Origin: an uncultured Pseudomonadota bacterium
GTDB taxonomy: Bacteria; Pseudomonadota; Gammaproteobacteria; Burkholderiales; SG8-39
DNA length: 64,000 nucleotides
Assembly (NCBI GenBank): GCA_937907425.1
Contig: CALCIE010000024.1
Coordinates: 74,764 to 138,763 of the forward strand
Direction: 5' to 3'
A program made the position numbers and the translations under genes. The notes below the pieces were generated by a model. The model saw only the letters and a program-made list of their open reading frames with translations, searched no databases and was not told the origin of the DNA. This document shows, piece by piece, positions 57,221-64,000 of the stretch (position 1 is the first letter of the stretch; each line of letters opens with the position of its first letter).

Positions 57221-58023
57221 GTGCCCTGCTCTATGTGGAGCCGGCCTACCGCGACCGGCTGGACGCTGCCGGATTGCGCAGCTTCGACGATCTGTGGGCG
57301 CTGCCCTGGAACTGGGTGGAAGAACCCAATCAGCGGCGCAGGGGCTGGAGCGGTGCGACCCGCGTCGTGATCGGTGAGAGCGAACCGCTCGCGCTGTTCG
57401 TCAAGCGCCAGGAGAACCACTGTTACCGCTCGCTGGCGCATCCGCTGCGCGGCAAGCCGACCTTCTACCGCGAATGGCGCAACATCAGCGTGCTGCGCGA
57501 GGCCGGTGTGCCCACTTTGGAGCCCATCGCCTACGGCGAGCGCGTCCGTGAAGGCCGTTATCAGGCCGTGCTGATCACCGTGGCGTTCGACGGTTACGTC
57601 GATCTCGACGAGCTGTTCGCGAACCGCGGCGGACTGGACGAGGCGACGCGCAACGCCGTATTGGCAACCCTCGCGCGCAATCTGCTGCGCTTGCACCGCG
57701 CCGGTTGCCGCCATAATTGCCTCGCCGGCAAGCATCTGATGGTGCGCATGGGCGCCGAGCCCGATGTGCGGCTCCTGGATCTGGAGAAGCTGAAGCACCG
57801 GCGTGCCTGGATTGCCGCTGCCGCGCACGATCTGGCGCGGCTCATCCGCTACACGCCGACCCTGTCGCTGGCCGATCATCATCACGTCGTGTACGAATAC
57901 TGCCGCGGGCTCTCGACCGGCGAGGCGCTCAGCCTGGTGGCGCTGATCAATCACAAGCTGAGCCGCAAGAAAGGGGTGCGTTACCGGATTGCCGACCCGC
58001 TCATGTCGTCGGCCGCGGCCTAG
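57217..58023 (+). CDS. lipopolysaccharide kinase (InaA/WaaP/Kdo-kinase) family protein, non-canonical catalytic loop
   Basis: ..RRRGWSGATRV....LFVKRQENH.. ..EWRNISVLREAGVPTLEPIAYGE.. ..LHRAGCRHNCLAGKHLMV.. ..LLDLEK.. is the family layout. The expected HRD-type Asp is not evident. Confidence 0.72.
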   Translation: MSALLYVEPAYRDRLDAAGLRSFDDLWALPWNWVEEPNQRRRGWSGATRVVIGESEPLALFVKRQENHCYRSLAHPLRGKPTFYREWRNISVLREAGVPTLEPIAYGERVREGRYQAVLITVAFDGYVDLDELFANRGGLDEATRNAVLATLARNLLRLHRAGCRHNCLAGKHLMVRMGAEPDVRLLDLEKLKHRRAWIAAAAHDLARLIRYTPTLSLADHHHVVYEYCRGLSTGEALSLVALINHKLSRKKGVRYRIADPLMSSAAA

Positions 58024-59168
58024 AGGGTGTGGAGGCGGTCGCCTGCGCGGAAGGCGCGCAAGGGCTCGTCCAGATCGCGCGTAAAGGCGATGACCTTGAA
58101 GAGTTCGCCCATTTCCGCGGGCGACATCAGCTTGTTGACCGCGGCGGCGGCCGGCAGGTAGCGGGCCGCGTCTTCGGGCGGCGTGCGCAACATCAACTCC
58201 GTGATGCCGAGATTGATGAGCAGTTGCGCCTGGGTGGTATAGCCGGCGATGTCCAGTCCGGCTTCGTGCGCAGCCTCCGCCATCGCGGTGAAGTCCACGT
58301 GCGCGGTGATGTCCTGCAGACCCGGCAGGTAGAAGGGATCGTCGTGCGCGCGATGCCGGTAATGGCACATCAGCGTGCCGGCGCTACGTTGCGGATGGTA
58401 GTACTCCGGACGCGGGAAGCCGTAATCGACGAGCAGGATGGCGCCGCGCTCCAGTACCTCGCCCAGGGTGCGGACGAAGGCACGGGCCGCGAGACCGATT
58501 TCCGTACGGTAACCGACCGGCAGCGCCAGCGCCTCGGCGGCGGCGCGCACTTCGCCTTCAGCCTTGCGCCAGGACCATTGCAGCGCGCGGTCCACGCCCG
58601 CCTGCTCGATGTCGTCCGCGGTGACGCGGATCACCTCCACCGGCATGGCGTCGAGCACCTCGTTGCCGAGGACGAGTCCGCGAAAGGACGGCGGCAGCTG
58701 GTTGAGCCAGGCCACGCGCTCCATCAGATGCGGCACTCGCGCCGCGAGCGTGTCCCGTTCGCGCGCGCGCAGTTCGGGCGAGAGCTCGAGAATGAGATAA
58801 CGCTCCGGCAGGCAGCCGAGACGGTCGAGCTCCTCGAGCACCGCGGCGGCGAGCGCGCCGCTGCCCGCGCCGACTTCGAGGATGTCGGGCAGCCCGGCGG
58901 CGATCAGGTCGCGCGCCTGTTGCGCGAGCGCATGGCCGAACAGCGGCGTCAGTTCGGGCGCGGTCGTGAAATCGCCCTCCCGGCCGAGCTTGCGGCTGCC
59001 GGCCGTGTAATAGCCGAGCCCAGGCGCGTAGAGCGCCAGTTCCATGTAGCGCGAGAAGGGAATCCAGCCGCCTGCCGCGTCGATCGCGCCTTCGATGTGC
59101 TGCCGCAGGCGGTTGCTGTGCGCAAGGGCTTCGGCGGCGGGTTCCGGAAGTCGGTCGTGGCGATGCAT
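58020..59168 (-). CDS. class I SAM-dependent methyltransferase, MidA/NDUFAF7 (DUF185) family
   Basis: ..FSRYMELALYAPGLGYY....GDFTTAPELTPLFG...ILEVGAGSGALA.. ..ILLVDYG.. are signature segments. Confidence 0.88.
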   Translation of the reverse strand: MHRHDRLPEPAAEALAHSNRLRQHIEGAIDAAGGWIPFSRYMELALYAPGLGYYTAGSRKLGREGDFTTAPELTPLFGHALAQQARDLIAAGLPDILEVGAGSGALAAAVLEELDRLGCLPERYLILELSPELRARERDTLAARVPHLMERVAWLNQLPPSFRGLVLGNEVLDAMPVEVIRVTADDIEQAGVDRALQWSWRKAEGEVRAAAEALALPVGYRTEIGLAARAFVRTLGEVLERGAILLVDYGFPRPEYYHPQRSAGTLMCHYRHRAHDDPFYLPGLQDITAHVDFTAMAEAAHEAGLDIAGYTTQAQLLINLGITELMLRTPPEDAARYLPAAAAVNKLMSPAEMGELFKVIAFTRDLDEPLRAFRAGDRLHTL

Positions 59169-59192
59169 GATCGGGCGATGGTGCGCGCCTCC

Positions 59193-59236
59193 GATAGAAT
59201 TATCAATATCCTAAGTAAGTGGACTATGGCGAGGGG
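59193..59236. other. left edge (AT-rich upstream region) of a ~1.3 kb low-GC cassette spanning about 59193-60509
   Basis: Composition drops abruptly right after the MidA start region: gcgcgcctccg | atagaattatcaatatcctaagtaagtgg. Hand-counted 60-nt lines inside the cassette give 47-48% GC versus roughly two-thirds in the flanks. Confidence 0.8.
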
Positions 59237-59986
59237 ATGTCAAAAAGCCTGGCTGGCAAAGTTGTTTTAGTCACGGGTGGCGCAAAACGCGTTGGAGCCG
59301 CTATCGTTCGACGGTTGCATGCCGCTGGTGCGGCGATTATGTTGCATTACAACACAGCGGCCCGAGAAGCAGAAGTTATGCAGTGCGAACTAAACAGTGT
59401 GCGTACCGGGTCGGTAGTCATTACAAAAGCCGATTTGAGAGACATCAGCGCGGTATCGGGGTTGATTGATGCGGTTATGACGCATTTCGGGCGGCTTGAT
59501 GTACTCGTAAATAACGCATCCACGTTTTATCCCACACCGATTGGCCAAATACGCGAAAGTGACTGGGAAAATCTGGTACATGTAAATGTAATGGCGCCGT
59601 TATTTCTATCGCAGGCAGCCAGTGCCGAATTGAAGTCGACTAGCGGCTGTATCATCAATATTGCTGATATCCATGCTGAACGGCCTCTTAAGCGCTATGT
59701 CGTTTACAGTATGGCTAAGGCCGCCTTGGTTGGCCTAACGCGCTCCCTAGCCGTCGAATTAGGCCCCGAGGTTCGGGTAAACGCCGTCGCGCCTGGGCCT
59801 ATCATTTGGCCAGATAATCCCGAATTCAACCCGCTTGAGCGCGACGCCGTCGTGTCCCAAACGTTGCTGAAACGTACTGGTAACCCAGATGAAGTCGCTC
59901 GTACAGTGTTATTTTTAGCTTCAGAAGCAAGCTATATCACTGGTCAGGTAATAAGCGTAGATGGTGGTCGTAATATCAGTTTCTAA
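59237..59986 (+). CDS. pteridine reductase-type short-chain dehydrogenase (FolM-like)
   Basis: ..VVLVTGGAKRVGAAIV.. (TGxxxRxG variant typical of pteridine reductases), ..NNAS.., ..YSMAKAAL.. (YxxxK), ..GPIIWP... Codon usage (AAA, TTA, AAT) is unlike the rest of the window. Confidence 0.8.
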   Translation: MSKSLAGKVVLVTGGAKRVGAAIVRRLHAAGAAIMLHYNTAAREAEVMQCELNSVRTGSVVITKADLRDISAVSGLIDAVMTHFGRLDVLVNNASTFYPTPIGQIRESDWENLVHVNVMAPLFLSQAASAELKSTSGCIINIADIHAERPLKRYVVYSMAKAALVGLTRSLAVELGPEVRVNAVAPGPIIWPDNPEFNPLERDAVVSQTLLKRTGNPDEVARTVLFLASEASYITGQVISVDGGRNISF

Positions 59987-60029
59987 CGCTTATGAAGGGG
60001 TGCGGGTTTGGTAACCAGCAACGCATGAA

Positions 60030-60494
60030 ATGAATAAAAGTGCACCGAATACACCACTAGTGCTTATAGACCGGCTTTATGTAGAAGCGCAGCAATGGGC
60101 GCGGCACTATGAGGCGCTACTTGTAAATACTAACGTTTTTATTGTCACCATCTCGCTGGCATTCTTAGGGATCGCTTTCTCAGATAAAGTGGCCGGCGTA
60201 GTGCGCTCATTGGCGATGATGGTTCCCATTGTTCTGTGCATCGTTGGCCTCGCGTTGGTCTGGACGCTATTTACGTTATACGCGCAGTGCGTAGAGCGTC
60301 TCATTCGATATGAGCGTGCGATGGGATGCTTTGACGAAGAGGTTGGGAATGGGCTCGATGGTGCGGGGTCGCTATTGCCTTTGGAACTTTCAAAGTTGCC
60401 CGTAAAGCGTCCGCCGTCGGTCCATTTTTTCAATTGGACTTACTTAATTTTGTTGGCCGTCTTTTTAACGCTGATGGTTTGGAGTTTGTTTTGA
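60030..60494 (+). CDS. hypothetical 154-aa membrane protein (3 predicted TM helices), low GC
   Basis: Hydrophobic stretches VFIVTISLAFLGIAF, MMVPIVLCIVGLALVWTLFTLY and WTYLILLAVFLTLMVWSLF. No family recognised. Same atypical composition as the preceding gene. Confidence 0.55.
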   Translation: MNKSAPNTPLVLIDRLYVEAQQWARHYEALLVNTNVFIVTISLAFLGIAFSDKVAGVVRSLAMMVPIVLCIVGLALVWTLFTLYAQCVERLIRYERAMGCFDEEVGNGLDGAGSLLPLELSKLPVKRPPSVHFFNWTYLILLAVFLTLMVWSLF

Positions 60495-60509
60495 GTGAGG
60501 TTGAGTAGG

Positions 60510-61415
60510 ATGGCCGCTGTTGGCCGTTCCGCTGTGCTGACGCAGAAGGCCGCCTACGAGGCCAACAAACTGCAGAAGCGTCTGCGCCGCCTCGTCGGCC
60601 AGGCGATCGCCGACTACGACATGATCCGTGCCGGCGATCGCGTCATGGTGTGCCTGTCCGGCGGCAAGGACAGTTACGGGCTGCTCGACATCCTCATGCG
60701 GCTGCGCGAGCACGCGCCGCTGGATTTCGAGATCGTGGCCGTCAATCTGGACCAGCGCCAGCCGGGTTTCCCCGAGCACGTGCTGCCCGATTACCTGCGT
60801 TCGCTGGGCATTCCCTTCCACATCGAGGTGCAGGACACCTACAGCATCGTCAAACGGGTGATCCCCGAAGGCAAGACGATGTGCTCGCTGTGCTCGCGGC
60901 TGCGCCGCGGCGTGCTCTACCGGGTGGCGGGCGAACTGGGCGCGACCAAGATCGCGCTGGGCCATCACCGCGACGACATCCTGGAGACCTTTTTCCTCAA
61001 CCTGTTCTTCGGCGGCAAGCTGAAGGCCATGCCGCCCAAGCTGGTGTCGGACGACGGCCGTCATGTGGTGATCCGCCCCCTCGCCTACGTCAGGGAGCGC
61101 GATCTCGAGGCCTATGCCGCGGTGCGCGGTTTTCCGATCATCCCGTGCAACCTGTGCGGCTCGCAGGAGAATCTGCAGCGCACCCAGGTCAAGATGATGC
61201 TGCGGGAGTGGGAGAAGCGTTTTCCCGGGCGTGTCGAGACCATCTTCCGCAGCCTGGCGGACGTCCGCCCCTCGCATCTGCTCGACCGGAAGCTGTTCGA
61301 TTTCGCCGCCGTGGCGGCGACCGGCGTGGCATGGGCCGAGGGCGACAGGGCGTTCGACCAGGACGAGTTCCCGCCGCCCGTGGCTATCCCATTGATCGAG
61401 CGGGATTCCTCTTAA
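60510..61415 (+). CDS. ttcA: tRNA 2-thiocytidine(32) synthetase
   Basis: ..[15 protein letters not shown].. PP-loop, ..[10 protein letters not shown].. and ..CNLCGSQ.. cysteine motifs. ATG 60510 sits where GC content returns to host level; the track ORF starts at GTG 60495. Confidence 0.93.
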   Translation: MAAVGRSAVLTQKAAYEANKLQKRLRRLVGQAIADYDMIRAGDRVMVCLSGGKDSYGLLDILMRLREHAPLDFEIVAVNLDQRQPGFPEHVLPDYLRSLGIPFHIEVQDTYSIVKRVIPEGKTMCSLCSRLRRGVLYRVAGELGATKIALGHHRDDILETFFLNLFFGGKLKAMPPKLVSDDGRHVVIRPLAYVRERDLEAYAAVRGFPIIPCNLCGSQENLQRTQVKMMLREWEKRFPGRVETIFRSLADVRPSHLLDRKLFDFAAVAATGVAWAEGDRAFDQDEFPPPVAIPLIERDSS

Positions 61416-61433
61416 AGACCTGTAGAATTTTAC

Positions 61434-61462
61434 TTGTCAAATTCATCTTGATGCGGCAAACT
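61434..61462 (+). promoter_or_regulatory. weak candidate promoter (TTGTCA-17 nt-CAAACT)
   Basis: AT-rich patch downstream of ttcA; near-consensus -35, poor -10. Inspection only. Confidence 0.25.
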
Positions 61463-61533
61463 CGCGCATTGCTCACCGACCGCGCCGCGCTCGACCGGGC
61501 CCGGTCCGGCGGGCGAGCGAGTCCCAGCCCCGT

Positions 61534-61800
61534 ATGAACTGCGCTGAACGTCTAGTCGCTCTGTTTGGCAGCCAGGCCGAAGTGGCCCGGCGACTCAAGC
61601 TCGACCGCGCCGTCGTCAACAACTGGGTCAAGTCCGGCTACGTCCCTTCGCGTTGGGCGATGGAAATCGAGCGCCTCACCGAGGGGCAGATCGCCGCAGT
61701 CGAAGTCCTCAACGAAGCCAACGCGCGCAAGCCCATCCGCGTCAAATCGCGTGGCGAGGAAGACAGTCTTTTCGGACCTACGTTCGTAGGAAGTGACATC
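61534..61800 (+). other. YdaS/Cro-like helix-turn-helix coding segment, open in-frame into the downstream aminotransferase (no intervening stop)
   Basis: MNCAERLVALFGSQAEVARRLKLDRAVVNNWVKSGYVPSRWAMEIERLTEGQI.. aligns by eye with E. coli YdaS (..VGGQSAMARLLGVSPPSVNQWIKG..PAERCPAIERATRGEV..). No obvious SD precedes ATG 61534. Confidence 0.5.
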
Positions 61801-63054
61801 ATGAATCCTTACGCGCCTCCCAAGCGCATCAAATCCTTCCATCCACCCCAGCGTGCCCTGTTGGGCCCGGGGCCGTCGGAGATCAACCCGCGCGTCATGG
61901 CCGCCATGGGGCTGCCGGCGATCGGTTATCTCGACCCGGCCTTCGTCGAGATGATGGAAGACCTGAAGGCGCTGCTGCGCTACGCCTTCCAGACGAAGAA
62001 CGCCCTCACCTTCCCGATTTCCGGGCCGGGCTCGGTGGGCATGGAATACTGCTTCGTCAACATGGTGGCGCCCGGCGATACCGTGATCGTGATGCGCAAC
62101 GGTGTGTTCGGCGGGCGCATGATCGAGAACGTGGAGCGCTGCGGGGCCAAGCCGGTCGTGGTCGAGGACGAATGGGGCGAGCCCTGCGACCCGAACAAGC
62201 TGGAGGACGCGCTCAAGAAGCATCCCGAAGCGCGCGTCGTGGCCTTCGTGCACGCGGAGACCTCCACCGGCGTGGAGTCGGACGCCAAGACCCTCATCGA
62301 AGTGGCGCACAAGTACGACGCGCTCACCATCATGGACGCCGTCACCTCGCTGGGCGGCTCGCCGGTGCTGGTGGACGAATGGCAGTGCGATGCCGTGTAT
62401 TCGGCCAGCCAGAAATGCCTGTCCTGCACGCCGGGCCTGTCGCCGGTGACCTTCAGCGACCGCGTGGTCGACTACGTCAAGTCGCGCAAGGACAAGATCC
62501 ACAGCTGGTTCATGGACATGAACCTGCTGCTCGGCTACTGGGGCAGCACCACCCGCACTTATCACCATACCGCGCCCACCAACAGCCTCTACGCGCTGCA
62601 CGAAGCGCTGCTGATCCTCAAGGAGGAAGGCATCGAGAACGCCTGGGCGCGGCATCAGCGCCACCATACCGCGCTGAAAGCGGGTCTGGAGGCGATGGGC
62701 CTGAAGTATCTGGTGAAGGAAGGCTATCGCCTGCCGCAGATGAACGCGATCCTCATCCCCGAGCCCCTGCTCGAGCATGAGGCGGAAGTGCGCAAGCGGC
62801 TGCTCAACGAGTTCAACCTCGAGATCGGCGCCGGCCTCGGTCCGCTCGCCGGCAAGATCTGGCGCATCGGCATCATGGGCTATTCCTGCAACTCGCAGAA
62901 CGTCATGCTGTGCCTGTCGGCGCTCGGTTCGGTGCTCTACGACATGGGTTACCCGATCCACGTCGGCGACGCCGAAAGCGCGGCGCATCAGGCCTACGCG
63001 CAGATGCACGCCAAGGCCGCCCAGCAAAAGAAGCGTCAGCCCGCGGCCGCCTGA
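61801..63054 (+). CDS. class-V PLP aminotransferase (alanine-glyoxylate / serine-pyruvate aminotransferase family)
   Basis: MNPYAPPKRIKSFHPPQRALLGPGPSEINPRVMAAM.. ..FVHAETSTGV.. ..SASQKCLSCTPGLSPV.. (PLP lysine in SxSQK). ATG 61801 is preceded by AGGAAG; the maximal ORF starts at 61534. Confidence 0.88.
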   Translation: MNPYAPPKRIKSFHPPQRALLGPGPSEINPRVMAAMGLPAIGYLDPAFVEMMEDLKALLRYAFQTKNALTFPISGPGSVGMEYCFVNMVAPGDTVIVMRNGVFGGRMIENVERCGAKPVVVEDEWGEPCDPNKLEDALKKHPEARVVAFVHAETSTGVESDAKTLIEVAHKYDALTIMDAVTSLGGSPVLVDEWQCDAVYSASQKCLSCTPGLSPVTFSDRVVDYVKSRKDKIHSWFMDMNLLLGYWGSTTRTYHHTAPTNSLYALHEALLILKEEGIENAWARHQRHHTALKAGLEAMGLKYLVKEGYRLPQMNAILIPEPLLEHEAEVRKRLLNEFNLEIGAGLGPLAGKIWRIGIMGYSCNSQNVMLCLSALGSVLYDMGYPIHVGDAESAAHQAYAQMHAKAAQQKKRQPAAA

Positions 63055-63072
63055 AACGGCGTCCAGGTGCGA

Positions 63073-63103
63073 TAAAAAGGCGACCTGCGGGTCGCCTTTT
63101 TTG
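63073..63103. terminator. bidirectional intrinsic terminator between convergent genes
   Basis: AAAAAGGCGACC-tgcg-GGTCGCCTTTTTT: an 8-bp GC-rich stem flanked by an A-run and a T-run. Confidence 0.85.
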
Positions 63104-63120
63104 TTATGCGGTGCGGCGCG

Positions 63121-63987
63121 TCAGGCCAGCGTACCGGTGAGCAGGAGCATGAGCGCGAAGCCCGCCGTCACACCCGTGGTGGCATGGCCTTCGTGACCAA
63201 GACGATGCGACTGCGGAATGATTTCGTGACTCACCACGAAGATCATGGCGCCGGCGGCGAAAGCGAGGCCCCAGGGCAGCAAGGCGGCCGAGAGGCCGAC
63301 CATCACCACCCCGGCCAAGGCGCCGAGCGGCTCCATGAGGCCTGTCGCCAAGGCGGCCAGCGCGCTCTTGGCGCGGCTGTAGCCGAGGCTGTGCATGGCC
63401 CAGGCGACGATCAGGCCTTCGGGAAGGTTCTGAGCGCCGATGCCGAGGGTGACGGCCGTACCTTCGGCCGCGCCGCTGGCATGCGCCACCCCGACCGCCA
63501 GGCCTTCCGGCACGTTGTGCAACGCGATCGCGAGTACCACCAGCCACACGCGCGACATGCCGGGGGCTGCACGGGGATGGCCGTTCTCGTCGGGCGTGTG
63601 CGCATGCGGTAACAGCCGGTCGATGAGCAGCATCACCGCGGCGCCGAGTCCCACACCGGTCGCGACGACAGCCGCGCTGCTCGTCTGCAGGGCCGGGACC
63701 ACGAGCGAGAACGCGGCGGCCGCGAGCATAACACCTGCCCCGAAGCCCAGCATCGCGCTCTGGCCGCGCGCCGACGTATTGCCGACGAACAGCACCGGCA
63801 GCGCGCCGGCGCCCGTCGCCAGCGCGGTGAACGCGGTGGCAAGCATGGCGGGGCCGAACGCGGGCGCGGCGGCGATGGCGTCGCGGAAGACGAACAGCGT
63901 CAACGCCAAAGCCGCCAACAGCGCCAGCGCCAGTCGCGGATCACGCTGCTGGAGCAGTTTGCGGGCGGCAAGTACGGCGGTCGTCAT
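63121..63987 (-). CDS. ZIP-family divalent metal transporter (ZupT/GufA-like)
   Basis: 288-aa polytopic protein with ..HNVPEGLAVG.. and ..QNLPEGL.. ZIP signature helices and a His-containing loop (HAHTPDENGHP). Confidence 0.88.
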   Translation of the reverse strand: MTTAVLAARKLLQQRDPRLALALLAALALTLFVFRDAIAAAPAFGPAMLATAFTALATGAGALPVLFVGNTSARGQSAMLGFGAGVMLAAAAFSLVVPALQTSSAAVVATGVGLGAAVMLLIDRLLPHAHTPDENGHPRAAPGMSRVWLVVLAIALHNVPEGLAVGVAHASGAAEGTAVTLGIGAQNLPEGLIVAWAMHSLGYSRAKSALAALATGLMEPLGALAGVVMVGLSAALLPWGLAFAAGAMIFVVSHEIIPQSHRLGHEGHATTGVTAGFALMLLLTGTLA

Positions 63988-64000
63988 GTCAATCCTTCAA

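Overview
High-GC (roughly two-thirds G+C by eye) proteobacterial chromosomal core. Gene content and order look beta-proteobacterium-like (Bug/TctC-family binding protein, metX-metW, gshA-gshB followed by a permease-less EIIA(Man)-HPr-EI trio). I can support about 60 protein genes, one tRNA-Arg(CCG), a few intrinsic terminators and a few weak promoter guesses. I saw no rRNA, CRISPR array, transposase, integrase or prophage genes. Main blocks are: (1) minus-strand cell-envelope cluster lipA-lipB-ybeD-dat-dacC-rlpA-rodA-mrdA-mreDCB; (2) gatCAB; (3) pyrE/xth/ampG; (4) metXW with a structured leader; (5) ptsI-ptsH-EIIA-gshB-gshA; (6) tRNA-Arg plus a small accessory-looking block; (7) rng-maf-rlmH-rsfS-nadD-proA-holA-lptE-leuS; (8) a plus-strand run uvrD, three tandem exported methyltransferase-like paralogs, ilvA, a small membrane ORF and an O-methyltransferase; (9) slt, SDR, GST, cca, C13 peptidase, GST; (10) carbamoyltransferase, methyltransferase, LPS-kinase-like; (11) MidA, a sharply low-GC two-gene insert (pteridine reductase plus membrane ORF), ttcA, HTH/aminotransferase, ZIP transporter. 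No clear-cut new multi-gene system stands out. The best candidates for follow-up are the triplicated signal-peptide-bearing SAM-methyltransferase-like genes (41785-44528), the ~1.3 kb low-GC cassette (about 59193-60509), the in-frame YdaS/Cro-like HTH segment upstream of a class-V aminotransferase (61534-63054), and a riboswitch-like, terminator-containing metX leader (19131-19375). The many very long ORFs antisense to real genes are treated as GC-driven shadow ORFs. The ORF track renders GTG/TTG starts as M, so several starts below were re-chosen by hand and remain uncertain.
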